A stretch of 44,584 nucleotides of DNA from a virus (Duplodnaviria > Caudoviricetes): the IMG/VR virus record IMGVR_UViG_3300024331_000002, positions 1 to 44,584 of that record, one strand, 5' to 3'. Shown here piece after piece: positions 1 to 10,194 of this stretch. A model generated the notes under the pieces. It saw nothing but the letters and a program-made list of their open reading frames with translations. It was not told the DNA's origin and did not search any database. The translations under genes were made by a program, and so were the position numbers. How positions within the stretch are numbered: position 1 is the first letter of the stretch; each line of letters starts with the position of its first letter.

Positions 1-127
1 CCCCGAAAAACCTGCATCGCTCGGTCATTGCGTCTTGAATCATTCCAATGGAGTCCAGGCGTCCCTGTGGCGTGGCCCAAGTATCATCAATCAGCAGATA
101 GGCGTTGACCTGCAAGCGCGCAAAGGC
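1..127. repeat. Terminal direct repeat, left copy (circular-assembly overlap)
   Basis: Bases 1-127 are identical to 44458-44584. 127 is a common assembler k-mer, and a gene reads through the junction. Confidence 0.97.
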
Positions 128-277
128 TGCGATTCTCACGACGTCATCGGAGTCCACAACAACTTTGCGGGTCAGCATCAAAGGACTGTCGAGGTCGGGC
201 AATTTGAACTCATACTCTCGCTGGCGGAAGATTTCCACTACACGGTCATAGTCGGAGCCGCGATAGTCTCTGATCAT
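1..277 (-). CDS. 5' part of a junction-spanning GNAT-like internal virion protein (T7 gp13-like position), 125 aa in total; continues at 44457..44357
   Basis: ATG at 277 (ATGA overlap with the upstream stop) gives MIRDYRGSDYDRVVEIFRQREYEFKLPDL...RIAAFARLQVNAYLL, in frame with ORF 44357..44572. It has a GNAT-like MIR...D start and RL..IGW end, and lies between the nozzle and ejection genes. Confidence 0.75.
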   Translation of the reverse strand, partial: MIRDYRGSDYDRVVEIFRQREYEFKLPDLDSPLMLTRKVVVDSDDVVRIAAFARLQVNAYLLIDDTWATPQGRLDSIGMIQDAMTERCRFFG

Positions 278-879
278 ATCGCCGCCACCGATGTGCGCTT
301 CGGGCCTACCGGCAAACGAGTCAGGACATTCCCCAAGCCGAGCCCGCCTTGCGTTCCGTTCGCCGCGGCTGTTCCGCTTCCCGTGCTCGGCAGGGGCGTG
401 AATTGAGCGCCTCCTCCAACTGTCACTACAGTAGGCGTGAACTGTGACCCGAAATAAGTATGCGAGCTGGGGTCGCTGCCTGGGTACTGCGAATATGCCC
501 TGAAGTGCCAAGGCAGGACGTTCCCGTTGCCATCCTTGTTTGGTAATGGCGCAAACAACGTGCGGCTAGCGTTTAAGTGAAAGACATGCGGTTGCGAAAA
601 TGACGGGTCCGTGTCCGCTTCCACGAAGTAGCTCACCTGCTTGTTCACTTGCGCATTGTGTGTGAGTACGGCATGGACCGTGCCATTGTTCGCCACCACG
701 TTCAGGTTCTCGATGGGATCTGGAGGCTGAACCTTGCCAGTGGTCTGCACGCCAATTTGCTGGAAGCCGTTGCTGATCTGATCGGAAAGATTTGTCAGCA
801 AGAGATGCAATCCGCGTCGAGCTTGAGCCCATGTCGTGGCCGAGCCCAATTCATTCAGGAAACGGCTGGTGTCCATCAT
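274..879 (-). CDS. Tail-associated structural protein (FN3/Ig-like beta-sandwich)
   Basis: ATGA-coupled to the nozzle gene. Contains FN3-like motifs PPDPIENLNV, SYFVEAD and WHFRAYSQY. Confidence 0.6.
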   Translation of the reverse strand: MMDTSRFLNELGSATTWAQARRGLHLLLTNLSDQISNGFQQIGVQTTGKVQPPDPIENLNVVANNGTVHAVLTHNAQVNKQVSYFVEADTDPSFSQPHVFHLNASRTLFAPLPNKDGNGNVLPWHFRAYSQYPGSDPSSHTYFGSQFTPTVVTVGGGAQFTPLPSTGSGTAAANGTQGGLGLGNVLTRLPVGPKRTSVAAI

Positions 880-3800
880 TGCGAGCCAACCTGAGTTCCC
901 CTGATAGCACTCCAAGCATCTTTCATGAGACTGAAAACTACTTCAGACATCTGGAACTTTGCGCCGACGTCGTTCGTTCCGAAGCGAAGGAAAAACCGCT
1001 CACCCTTTACGTTGATTGGGTATTCGATGTCACCCAGCGAGAACTTAGCCAGCGGCGCCGTCGCGAGCGTAAATGGAAGGTTCGCGGGATTCTGCGGATA
1101 AATGTACGGCTGGATATTCCCCGCGCCTTCAGCCAAGAGCGTCAGATAGATCATCTCCAGTCTGTGCAGGCCCATGCCCTTCGCGTCCTTCATGTCCGAC
1201 TTGATGGCCCCGTAGGTCAGATACCAGGAATTGATGGGCAAGCCGTCATCGTCTAGTTCATTCGGGTCAAGCGCGAAGATTTTCGAGTTGTTGTAGCCCG
1301 AGCACAGCCACAGCGGAGTCTGATTGTTGCCGCGATCGATAAAATCAGCGTAGGGACTTTTGATGTTCCAGTAGGTCCACTTTCTGGCTGGTTCGGGAGC
1401 GATCAGCCGGCCGGATAGTGAACTCCTGATCGGCGGAGTATCGGCTACAGCCATGCCAGAGTTCAGTTCGCGGTAATTCATCACCAGAACGACATTGGGA
1501 GTTGTCGGATTGGTGCTGATGGGAAATTCCGGCATGAACTCGTTGGGCGTCGAGATGGGAACGCCTACGTACAGCTTCCTTTCGGCTGAATCGTTGCGCA
1601 GCCAGATGCTTTGGCCAGCGCTCCAGTTGATAGCGTCCCAGACGGGTTGGATTTCCTGCGAAACCTTCAATGGCTCGCCGCCTGAGAAGAAATACACACC
1701 AGATCGGCAAGCGCTGAAGGCCCAATCCTCGCCATAGTCAAAACTGTGGCTGCCAATCGTGCCAACCTTGTTGCTGACCTCTCGCCAGTTCCACTTGAAA
1801 GGCTCCGTGGTCCCGTTGTCGCTGGTTGAGTACCAGGAATTGGTTTTTAGCGCGTACAGCGTGTCAAAAAGCACCATTCCACCGCGGATTGGCTGCTGAT
1901 TCTGCGAAGGCCCGAATCCTCCCGTCACTAAGTCGAAGGCTTCCGGGTTGAAAGCGTAGCTACCGCGGAACTGCGTCGAAAATACCGGTTCCAGCGTCGG
2001 GAAGGGCTCGACGCGATCCAGTTCCACATCTCCATTGTTCGGGAGTGCTGTTACATAGACGCGGAACAGCAAATCGTTGGGAACGGTCTGGAATATGCTC
2101 GTCAGCAGCGTCCCTGAGAAGATTTGCATGGTCGTTCCCATGCTCGCCAGCGGCACGGAGAACGATCCGAACACCTGATTGAGCTTAGGGCTGAACAGAT
2201 CCATGACCAGATTGCCGGAACCGATCTGCGACGGACATCTGGCGGTCACGCGCACCGAATACAGCGTGTTGCTGGTAATGATCGGGACCTGGAATTGATC
2301 CTGAAAGGCTCCCTGCTCGATCATTCCGTAGGTCGCCTGCAACCCTCCGGTAGTGTTCTTGATGTAGAAGCTGTTGCCGAAGATTGGCGAGACAATTACC
2401 GAACTTCCTCCTCCGAATGTGGGGTCTACCGTCCAGCCGAGCGGATAAGTCGTGATGATCCCCGTACTTTGAATGCCAACGCCGCCATCGAAAGAAAGGT
2501 TTTGCAGGTTCTGGACTTTGTTCTGCTCGCCCCAAGCAATTAGCCGGTCGGCATAGCTAAGGAATCCGACGCTGGAGCCCAATTCGATCTGCTCAAACAG
2601 ATTATTGCCCTGCACATCGATAGCTGTTGCGGCCAAGAGCACGGCATCCGGGAAACTCAGGGTAACTTGCGTGGTCGTGTTGTCGTTCAGCACTGTCGAG
2701 CTGTAAGTGATTTGCTGGCCGTTGCTGGTGACCGTGACCGGTATCGGGATATAGAAGAAATTCCCGCCATTCGCTCCGGTAAACGCCAGAATCCGCGCGC
2801 TGACATTCGGTGGGCCGATGGGAATCTGCGAAACCACGATGGCTGAGGCAGACGCAGTGATGTTGAACTGCACGAACGGGCTCGGAGCGGTCAATGCACC
2901 ATTGCGCGTCTGGAAGATGCACACACATTGCCGCGTTCCTACTCCCAGAACGCCTGAAGTCGCAATCGTCCCGCCAACGCTATTTCCGATTATCGGATTG
3001 GTGACCACGCCAACCGGGTCGAACTGGAAGATGGTCCCCGAGATGATGCCGTTTCCTGTTTCCGCCGAGGCTGCGATGTTCGCAGACACTAGAGAGATGG
3101 AGAATGTCGTCGGAGTTGCTGCTGTGATGGCCGCATTGGTGACGTTGAATGCGCCGTTTCCATTCAGAGTCCCCGTTACGGTCACGAATTGCCCCACTAC
3201 CGGCAAACTACCGGTAATCAGCGTGAAAACGTACTGCGCGACGTTGCCGGTCAGGCTGGTTTGCGAGATGGAAAGCTGCGAGGCGTTCGGAGTGGCCTGG
3301 ACAACGAAAGTGTTGTTGTAGCCTGCCAGCGATGCGCCGGTGACGGTGAACTGATTACCTACCTCGAGGAAAGGCACCTGTTGCGCGGCCGTCAATGTGG
3401 CGATGGTGGCCCGTATCTGGCATCCACCAGGAGTCGGCTGATTGTAGAACGTCGTGAATGGAACTTGGAAAGTGATCCAGTCATAGCTGGCCTGCCCTGG
3501 AATCGGCTGCCCAACGCTGGTGACCGTGTAATACGCTGGGTTGGTAACTCCGGCAGGGTCGTTATTGACGTTGTTTCCGTTGATCGAAGGGAAGCCGCTG
3601 ATCTGGATATTTGAGCCGACTTTGATGTAAGCAGGCCCGATAAATGCCGCTCGAGGAACGATGGTCATCACGTTCCCTGGAGTGGACGGCGTTCCAAACG
3701 TGCCGTGCGCGGAAGGCGCGGCGCTCACTAGCAAGAAGTCATGCGCCCCGGTCAGCAACGTGATCGGCGCATTTTGCGTAATCGAAGTGATGGCGCTTCC

Positions 3801-6122
3801 CGATGCGGTTGTGGCTACCGAAGGCGGAGCGCCTGGACCTACTTGCGATACACGGTCAAGCCATTGCCCGTTCCAAAGTCTAGGAACGTCCGTGCCGTTG
3901 CTCAGATCGGAAAAGGCGATGTATTCGACGTCATCGAAAGTGACGGACTTGGCGTAAGTGTTGGACTCGATAGCCGTGAAGATGGCGTTGAAGATTCCGG
4001 GATTGTTGATTACGTCTTCGTCCCAGAGAACCCCGGTAGCGTCCAGCGCCAGGGTGTCAATTTCTCCGTCTGTCTGCTCGTAAGTCTTGATCCAATTAAC
4101 GTTGGCCGGATTCAGGTTCACCCATACCTTGATTTGCACGGCGGAGACATCGAAGGTTACGGTCTCCGTGCCAACCTCGCTGGCCTGAATCTGCACGCCG
4201 AAGCTCGGGTTGTTGAGCAACGCTGGCGTTAGAGATAAGCCCCAATTTGACGTTGGCGTGCCGAGAGTGACCGTCCCATCGGAGGAAGGAAGCTGGAATT
4301 GGAATGTTGGAGATGTGGCCGAAGGGCTGATCAGCGAGAGCGTCAGAATCGCATCCGGCGACAGATTGGTCTGATGTCCAGTGACGAGAACCTGGAACCC
4401 CATGATTGAAGCGGTCGTCGGAATGCTGAAAGCGAAATTAGTAGCCTGCAATTCCTGAGAGATCGAGAACCCAGATCCACCACTTCCACTTCCTGGAATA
4501 GCCAGTACTTCAATGATTTGAATGGAGCCGGAAAGTCCTTGCGCAAGCGTGACGGAGACCGTTGGATTGCCGGTGGCGATGTTTTGCACGCCGCTCATGG
4601 ATATAAAAGCGAAGCCATTCCCGGCCAATCCACCACCGGTCACGCCGCCGCTTTCCACCGAAGCCCATGACGTATAGGCGCCATTGACGGTATCGCTGGA
4701 AGAAACACTTTGCCCAGCAAACGAAAGCGAGCCCCTAACAACCGCCATGATCGTATTTCCCTGGCGTGGCGGGGAAGCAAAGGCGCTTGCGTAGGTTCCT
4801 GCTGCCAACCCTCCAGAAGTGATTACTAGAGACTGCACAATCTTTGGTGGCGCGTTTCCGCCAATAACCTTGAACAGCGTCATGGCCGAAGCCCAGAATG
4901 GGCTTAGCCCGCCGATGGTGGGCATCGTGCCGGTAAACGCTACAGGCGTAGTGACGACTTGCTGCTGATAACTGCTGGCGTCAGAAAGCGAAGGTATCGT
5001 CCACGGAGGATTCGGAGTTGTGATTTGATCCGTTGCCGGCGTGTTCGTAGATCCAGCAGAAACATCTAAAGCCCATTCCGGTGAACTTGTAGGCGTCGCT
5101 GTTCCTGTACTTACCGCCGTGCTTGTAGCGCCGACACCAGTCGCTCCGGTTGCCGATGTATCGAAAGCTCCGACTCCAGTCACGATCGGCAACGCCAGAA
5201 TCACGGTGCTTACGAAACCCGCCCCTGGTTTTGACCAATTCCCCTGATAAGTGCCGGTTGTGATTACCGGCAAAATTGCGATGGAAAGACCCTGATTGCT
5301 GACTGCCGGGGTGAAGGCATCAGTTGTTGCTGGCGTGGCTGCGCCGTCTATTCCGGCGAACTCCACGATGAGGTCGTTGGCAACGGTTGTGGTTAGCGCG
5401 CGCGTCTGAAACGTAGTGCCGGTATTTTGTAACTGGCCCAGCGGTGCGCCATCCGTATTCTTGAGCACGCCGAGGATTTCGCAACCGATCAGGTTCATAT
5501 CGGTTTCGAGCTGCGGCAGGCTTCCTCCGTTGAGCGGGTTGACGTTGATCGTATCTGATCCGCCGTTAACGATGAGCGCGGTATAAGCGTCGAAGTCCGA
5601 GGTCACACCGCCGACACTGGCAACCCTGCTGAAGGTATGCCCCAGCGTGTCACTAATGCATCCCAACCCACTAAGGTCAGGCGGATTGGTCTTCAGGAAG
5701 AGAACGAGCACATTCCCCACACTGAGCGGCTTGGATGGTGACACCGACATCGTGGTGGCATTGGTCACGTTGACGGAAAACGTCTGAACGATAGTGCCGC
5801 TGGTAGACCCGCTGCTCACCGGCCCGAGCGTCACGGATGCATAAGCCGGTGGAGCGTTCAGCGTGATGTTGTTGGGATTGAGCCACGGAGCCTGAGCGGC
5901 TGTTCCTACGCTTTGGCCTAATCCTGCAAGTCTCTGGAAAAAAGAGTTGGCATAGGCGACTTGGTTTAGCCGCCCGCCGCGCGTGAAAACCGTTCCTGGG
6001 CTGAAGTCCACATCCTGATTTCCGGCAGACACACCCTCGGGTAGATCGTTGGCGTCCATCTCTGGACAGACGCCTCCGAAGACCGTCAGAGCAACATCAG
6101 ATGCGCCGCTCGGATTGTTCAT
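876..6122 (-). CDS. Tail nozzle / tail tubular protein B-like (P22 gp10/T7 gp12 position), 1748 aa, with large inserted beta-sandwich domains
   Basis: N-terminus FGG..PEMDANDLP...NQDVDF and C-terminal nozzle-like motifs (YADRLIAWG, VSNKVGTIG, KVSQEIQPVWDAIN, KGERFFLRF). Synteny after the adaptor and before the GNAT/ejection genes. Confidence 0.75.
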   Translation of the reverse strand: MNNPSGASDVALTVFGGVCPEMDANDLPEGVSAGNQDVDFSPGTVFTRGGRLNQVAYANSFFQRLAGLGQSVGTAAQAPWLNPNNITLNAPPAYASVTLGPVSSGSTSGTIVQTFSVNVTNATTMSVSPSKPLSVGNVLVLFLKTNPPDLSGLGCISDTLGHTFSRVASVGGVTSDFDAYTALIVNGGSDTINVNPLNGGSLPQLETDMNLIGCEILGVLKNTDGAPLGQLQNTGTTFQTRALTTTVANDLIVEFAGIDGAATPATTDAFTPAVSNQGLSIAILPVITTGTYQGNWSKPGAGFVSTVILALPIVTGVGAFDTSATGATGVGATSTAVSTGTATPTSSPEWALDVSAGSTNTPATDQITTPNPPWTIPSLSDASSYQQQVVTTPVAFTGTMPTIGGLSPFWASAMTLFKVIGGNAPPKIVQSLVITSGGLAAGTYASAFASPPRQGNTIMAVVRGSLSFAGQSVSSSDTVNGAYTSWASVESGGVTGGGLAGNGFAFISMSGVQNIATGNPTVSVTLAQGLSGSIQIIEVLAIPGSGSGGSGFSISQELQATNFAFSIPTTASIMGFQVLVTGHQTNLSPDAILTLSLISPSATSPTFQFQLPSSDGTVTLGTPTSNWGLSLTPALLNNPSFGVQIQASEVGTETVTFDVSAVQIKVWVNLNPANVNWIKTYEQTDGEIDTLALDATGVLWDEDVINNPGIFNAIFTAIESNTYAKSVTFDDVEYIAFSDLSNGTDVPRLWNGQWLDRVSQVGPGAPPSVATTASGSAITSITQNAPITLLTGAHDFLLVSAAPSAHGTFGTPSTPGNVMTIVPRAAFIGPAYIKVGSNIQISGFPSINGNNVNNDPAGVTNPAYYTVTSVGQPIPGQASYDWITFQVPFTTFYNQPTPGGCQIRATIATLTAAQQVPFLEVGNQFTVTGASLAGYNNTFVVQATPNASQLSISQTSLTGNVAQYVFTLITGSLPVVGQFVTVTGTLNGNGAFNVTNAAITAATPTTFSISLVSANIAASAETGNGIISGTIFQFDPVGVVTNPIIGNSVGGTIATSGVLGVGTRQCVCIFQTRNGALTAPSPFVQFNITASASAIVVSQIPIGPPNVSARILAFTGANGGNFFYIPIPVTVTSNGQQITYSSTVLNDNTTTQVTLSFPDAVLLAATAIDVQGNNLFEQIELGSSVGFLSYADRLIAWGEQNKVQNLQNLSFDGGVGIQSTGIITTYPLGWTVDPTFGGGSSVIVSPIFGNSFYIKNTTGGLQATYGMIEQGAFQDQFQVPIITSNTLYSVRVTARCPSQIGSGNLVMDLFSPKLNQVFGSFSVPLASMGTTMQIFSGTLLTSIFQTVPNDLLFRVYVTALPNNGDVELDRVEPFPTLEPVFSTQFRGSYAFNPEAFDLVTGGFGPSQNQQPIRGGMVLFDTLYALKTNSWYSTSDNGTTEPFKWNWREVSNKVGTIGSHSFDYGEDWAFSACRSGVYFFSGGEPLKVSQEIQPVWDAINWSAGQSIWLRNDSAERKLYVGVPISTPNEFMPEFPISTNPTTPNVVLVMNYRELNSGMAVADTPPIRSSLSGRLIAPEPARKWTYWNIKSPYADFIDRGNNQTPLWLCSGYNNSKIFALDPNELDDDGLPINSWYLTYGAIKSDMKDAKGMGLHRLEMIYLTLLAEGAGNIQPYIYPQNPANLPFTLATAPLAKFSLGDIEYPINVKGERFFLRFGTNDVGAKFQMSEVVFSLMKDAWSAIRGTQVGSQ

Positions 6123-6526
6123 CAGCTAATGGAATCGGGAACTACGTAGCGGAAATTAACCACGTCGGTGAACACTTGTGGCGTGGTCGCATTTAGCGCT
6201 GTACCGTTAGTCAGCTCCACTTGTGCTGTGGTTGCCGCACCGGAAGCTCCGCCAGAGAATATCTGGAGTTTCCCGGTGGAGAAATTCCATTGATACACCC
6301 AGCCAGTTCCCGCCACCGAGTACATGACTACATCCAGCGGAGGGCGGTCGCCATAAGGACCAAGGTTCTTGGGAGCGAACCCAGTCAATGGGAGCAATCC
6401 TCCAGTAGCGTAGGTATCTGCGCCAGCGCTAAACGTGATTGTCCCGTAAAAGGCAACTGCATCTTGGGAGCTGTCGCCGAGATTGACTCTGGGGTTTTGA
6501 ACGAACTTAATTGTAGCCGTGGCCAT
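6122..6526 (-). CDS. Small virion structural/decoration-like protein
   Basis: GGAGAG SD; T/G/A-rich beta protein (YATGG, GKLQIF); lies in the structural operon. Confidence 0.6.
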   Translation of the reverse strand: MATATIKFVQNPRVNLGDSSQDAVAFYGTITFSAGADTYATGGLLPLTGFAPKNLGPYGDRPPLDVVMYSVAGTGWVYQWNFSTGKLQIFSGGASGAATTAQVELTNGTALNATTPQVFTDVVNFRYVVPDSIS

Positions 6527-6537
6527 CTATCTCTCCT

Positions 6538-7893
6538 TTAAGTCGTCGGTAAGATCAGGTATTGCACGAGGATCTTTGCTGTGCCTGTTCCAGCAGCAAA
6601 ATTGTTGGTGACCTTGCTGATCGTCAGCGCCGCGTTGTCGTCAGTCGGCGGATTCGCGGCCGTGTCCGTAGCTCCAGGCCACGGAAACGTTTGAATGCGC
6701 TTGTTGGGCGAAACCGTGATCAGGAAAATGTTGTTGTTCGGCAATGGGCCTGACGCACTACCAGCGCTGAATGAGACCGCCCCGCCTGCATCGGTGTAGG
6801 CCACACCTCCACCGAAGAACTCGATGGTGATCATCAACGGGACGATGACGAAGCCAACTCCAGGAGCAGCGACCAGAGTGATTGGAGTTCCCAGAAGGGC
6901 GAGGATGTTCGCAGAACTGAGCGCTGTAGTTGACGATTGAAGCAGAGTTCCGGGAAGGTCCGCGGCCACGATGTTGCGGAAAGTAGGCGCTGAAGCTCCG
7001 CCACTGGTCGCGCCTGCCCAGAATTGATTGGCAAGCTGATTGACCTTGGATAGCGTGAGTCCTAGCGTTCCGCTGGTCGTAACAGGTGAACCGCCTACAG
7101 CTGCGGTGATGATGTCCGTGGGAACCGTGGCAGTCAGTGCCACGCTAGATACAGTTCCAGCTCCAGCAGGCAAATCGGCGGCAACTAGGGCGCGAAAGGT
7201 TGGGGCTGCTGGCCCTCCAGTGGTGGGTCCTGACCAGACAGTGTTTGCGGTTGCATTGGCCTTGGTTACCGCCAGCGTCCCAGAAGTCGAAACCGGCGAT
7301 CCAGCAACCGAAAACTCGGCAGGCATCGAAAGGCCGACGCTTGTAACCGAGCCTGCTCCGCCTCCAGCAACCACGTTTTGATCAGCGAGAACGAGCTGGT
7401 TCGGTAAGGCACTACCGTAGAGTTGGACGGTATAGATTCCCGCTGCGGCATAGAAGAAGAAGTTTCCAAGCTGGTCAGTGAGAAACGGATTCGGCAAAAC
7501 GCTGGTGGCCACCGTTCCGCCGCTGACATACGTTCCGGGCGTTGTGCCGATCAGCGTCCCATCCGTCTTAGTGACTTTGATATTTAGGCCGCTGACGGCA
7601 TTAATCAGCCAGATCCCGTTATATCCCGTGGGATTTATGCCAGTGACGGAGATATAGGCGCCGACAACCACATCTGCGGGAACTGAGCCAAGAACGAAAG
7701 TGATGAACCCAGCGGCCCACGATGCGCTGGATAGAGCAGGTGCGTTGGAAGTGGACGCCGCGAAGATTGTAGCCAGCGGGCTTCCAGGTTGAGTCGTGGT
7801 AACTGCCGGCTGCGTCAGAACGGCTACGCTGACGCCAGATAGAGCTTGTCCAGTGATGCTTCGCGTAGAGTTGTCGTAGCGGAAAAAGCTCAT
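6538..7893 (-). CDS. Tail fibre-like protein with two ~65-70 aa internal repeats and a C-terminal domain paralogous to 19247..19783
   Basis: N-terminal P22-tailspike head-binding-like motif (NPFLTDQLGNFFFYAAAGIY). Repeats G.VTSV...GSPV..SGTL...PTFR..VAADLP occur twice. Confidence 0.75.
   Translation of the reverse strand: MSFFRYDNSTRSITGQALSGVSVAVLTQPAVTTTQPGSPLATIFAASTSNAPALSSASWAAGFITFVLGSVPADVVVGAYISVTGINPTGYNGIWLINAVSGLNIKVTKTDGTLIGTTPGTYVSGGTVATSVLPNPFLTDQLGNFFFYAAAGIYTVQLYGSALPNQLVLADQNVVAGGGAGSVTSVGLSMPAEFSVAGSPVSTSGTLAVTKANATANTVWSGPTTGGPAAPTFRALVAADLPAGAGTVSSVALTATVPTDIITAAVGGSPVTTSGTLGLTLSKVNQLANQFWAGATSGGASAPTFRNIVAADLPGTLLQSSTTALSSANILALLGTPITLVAAPGVGFVIVPLMITIEFFGGGVAYTDAGGAVSFSAGSASGPLPNNNIFLITVSPNKRIQTFPWPGATDTAANPPTDDNAALTISKVTNNFAAGTGTAKILVQYLILPTT
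6952..7359 (-). repeat. Two tandem fibre repeats (about 7359-7168 and 7164-6952)
   Basis: GAGSVTSVGLSMP...GPAAPTFRALVAADLP versus GAGTVSSVALTAT...GASAPTFRNIVAADLP. Confidence 0.85.
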
Positions 7894-8681
7894 CGATAGG
7901 AACCGCTCAAACTATCGTCAATCGCTCCGTTGCCGCTCTTGTAGCCTCGCGGCCGGTAAGTAATACGCTGATCCGCTCGCACGTGCCGGTTGATGATCTG
8001 ATTCATGGCTTCTTCGGCCTTCTGACGTACCGTGGTTGTCTGGATAGAGCCTCGCGCGATGCCGTACTGTTCGGCGATTAGATAGGCGATGGCGCGCTTC
8101 GAGCGCGGAATCAAGATGGTGGCTTGCAGGAAGTTTGTGCTGGTCCCGAAGTCAATCAGCGACTGCTCGTAACGAAGTCGCAAATCCTGCGTGCTCGTGC
8201 AGCCCTGCAAGAAGATGGCTCCTTGGCGCCATTCCCATTGCCGGAAGTTTGAGCCCGGCTGATAGGACTGCAAGCCATCCCTAGCGGCCTCGACATCGCA
8301 GAACTGTTGGCCGCTTCCTGTTTGTCTCTGCCAAACACGCAATGGGAGGATGAGGTCAGGCGGCAATGTCGGGGTTGCGTGCTGAGTTACGCCATCGTTG
8401 TAGCCCTGATACCCAATAGAGACTTGAATAGATGGATCGGTTCCAGGCGTCGGCGGAATCGGCGTGATGATGAAGTTATCCACGATCTGCGTTTCCACGC
8501 CGTTGATGGATAGGTATTCCTGACACTCGTCAACCGCCGCGTTGACGAACTCAATCGAGAACGGAGCATTGTCGGTGAGGATCTGACCGCCACTACTCCG
8601 TAGCATGTCGTTGATGGTCGCGCGCGCAAGATTCATGCACGATTCAACTACTGGATAGACTCCAACTTGGACGCTAGGCAT
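7890..8681 (-). CDS. Head-tail adaptor / tail tubular protein A-like
   Basis: 263 aa, helical N-terminus (LARATIND), LPPDLILPLRVW and LRLRY motifs; located between capsid and fibre genes. Confidence 0.65.
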   Translation of the reverse strand: MPSVQVGVYPVVESCMNLARATINDMLRSSGGQILTDNAPFSIEFVNAAVDECQEYLSINGVETQIVDNFIITPIPPTPGTDPSIQVSIGYQGYNDGVTQHATPTLPPDLILPLRVWQRQTGSGQQFCDVEAARDGLQSYQPGSNFRQWEWRQGAIFLQGCTSTQDLRLRYEQSLIDFGTSTNFLQATILIPRSKRAIAYLIAEQYGIARGSIQTTTVRQKAEEAMNQIINRHVRADQRITYRPRGYKSGNGAIDDSLSGSYR

Positions 8682-8752
8682 AAGAAAGCATCAAGGGACG
8701 CGCAACGCTCGCCGAACGCAGGGAACGCCGGAAGTTAGTTGCTGCCCCTTGA
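8682..8752 (-). terminator. Long stem-loop with U-rich tail directly before the adaptor ATG (terminator/attenuator-like)
   Basis: Stem TCAAGGG (8691-8697) with CCCTTGA (8746-8752), inner GCAAC/GTTGC; on the minus strand it is followed by TGCTTTCTT-ATG. Confidence 0.5.
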
Positions 8753-8755
8753 AGG

Positions 8756-9493
8756 TTATTTCTTGCTCTTGGGCGTGACTCCTCTTCGAGCAAGCAAATC
8801 GTCGCGCGTGGCCAAATCAATGGCTCCCAATTGGTAGGCGCGCTCTGGATCAGGCACGTAACCGCAGCCATGCTTGACGGTGTTTTCCTTCATGGGTTCG
8901 CCGCAGACGGGACATTCGCCGATCTTCCGGTAAATCTTGTTCCACGGTCGATCCTCGCCGAAGTAGGAAGCGGCAAGGCGCATCGTTGGAGTGATCTGCT
9001 TTAGTCCGGTATCGCCTTGCGTCTCGAGGCTCGTGGCAATCGCCAACTGCTTGCGGAAGAAAGCTTCCATCTTGGCCCGCGCGTTGTTCAATTCCTCATC
9101 CGTTGGCGTTTCGTTCAGGCTCCAGAACACACCTTTTTCCTCGAGGTTCTGGCCTTCGGACCAATCTCCGCCGAGATAGGGGTTCACGATGTCTCGCGCA
9201 ATGTGCTTCCCTTCTACGTCGTCAGTGCGCATCGCATTGGTCGCGGCGTCGAGATAGCTAGTGCGCACGATGGCGGGAAGCACGATGGCCTTGGTGTATT
9301 TCTTGCCTGCCTCGCATGGCGAGATGCGAAACGTACCCAGCGAGCCTTTCTCAACGGTATGAGTCAGCGGCCCGATGTTGAAGATGTAGACGTGATACTT
9401 CGGCGCAAACTCGTTTAACGGATTGGGCTGATATTCCACCTGCCCATCCATTCCGCGTTCTACGCCTCTTGCGATGTCCGGTCGTGCTGGCAT
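8756..9493 (-). CDS. Hypothetical protein with C-terminal Zn-ribbon (CPVC...HGC)
   Basis: AAGGAG SD; 245-aa ORF in the late operon. Confidence 0.8.
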   Translation of the reverse strand: MPARPDIARGVERGMDGQVEYQPNPLNEFAPKYHVYIFNIGPLTHTVEKGSLGTFRISPCEAGKKYTKAIVLPAIVRTSYLDAATNAMRTDDVEGKHIARDIVNPYLGGDWSEGQNLEEKGVFWSLNETPTDEELNNARAKMEAFFRKQLAIATSLETQGDTGLKQITPTMRLAASYFGEDRPWNKIYRKIGECPVCGEPMKENTVKHGCGYVPDPERAYQLGAIDLATRDDLLARRGVTPKSKK

Positions 9494-9519
9494 TTTGTTT
9501 CTCCTTTTCCCTGTCCCTG

Positions 9520-10152
9520 TTAGTTGATCTGCTTGTGCCCTGTCCCTAGCCAGCGCTTGATTTCTTGCGCGCTGACCGGAAATCTGAGTCGTTCCAGTAG
9601 CTTTTCACGATTCGATTCGTATGTTCCAGCTACTCCGCCGAACGCTGGCGCGGCGTTCAAATAAGCATCATGGGCGATGCGCAGCCGTTCTTTCTTTGCA
9701 GCTAGTTCCCTGTCTCGGATGATTCTCTTGCGTTGTTCAAAGGTGATACCGCGTGCCTTATAAATCTCGGGTAGCAACTTTTCAAGAATCCGGTAATTCA
9801 AATTGTTGTGCTTGCTGTGGTGGGAGTAGTCGCCTTGGAATGGATAATCGCCACAGAGGTGCAAGCCGGTCTCTGGATTGTAAGATTCCGCATACCACTG
9901 CTCTGGCGAGCCAAACAATTCGGGAGGCTTCCACATCTCCAAGTGCCATAACGGCGCGTCGCCATAGGCAAGAACGATGTGCTGTCCGCGGCTTCCGCCT
10001 TCCATCTGCCCCCAGATAGTTCGCGTCGCGCTTGGTCCCCAAACCAGCCTGAAGTTTGGTATTCCGTACGGATTCTTTCCCCCGTAGCGAACAAGAAACT
10101 CAGTGAAGAGTCGCGGGCATTCTTTGGATTGGCGGATGATTTCGCAGCGCAT
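9520..10152 (-). CDS. Hypothetical protein directly downstream of the major capsid gene
   Basis: 210-aa globular ORF (GGKNPYG.PNFRLVWG); fills the gap on the coding strand. Confidence 0.8.
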   Translation of the reverse strand: MRCEIIRQSKECPRLFTEFLVRYGGKNPYGIPNFRLVWGPSATRTIWGQMEGGSRGQHIVLAYGDAPLWHLEMWKPPELFGSPEQWYAESYNPETGLHLCGDYPFQGDYSHHSKHNNLNYRILEKLLPEIYKARGITFEQRKRIIRDRELAAKKERLRIAHDAYLNAAPAFGGVAGTYESNREKLLERLRFPVSAQEIKRWLGTGHKQIN

Positions 10153-10181
10153 GAAAGTGTGGGGCGATTCCGGCTCGCCCC
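10153..10181 (-). terminator. Post-capsid hairpin (weak terminator/stabiliser)
   Basis: GGGGCGA-7 nt-TCGCCCC (10161-10181), then ACACTTTC-ATG on the minus strand. Confidence 0.55.
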
Positions 10182-10194
10182 TGGCCGTTAAGGA

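Noticed and set aside
1-127. Biological direct terminal repeats (T7-like genome ends)
   Set aside because: The length equals a standard assembler k-mer and the repeat falls mid-gene, so it is best read as an assembly overlap.
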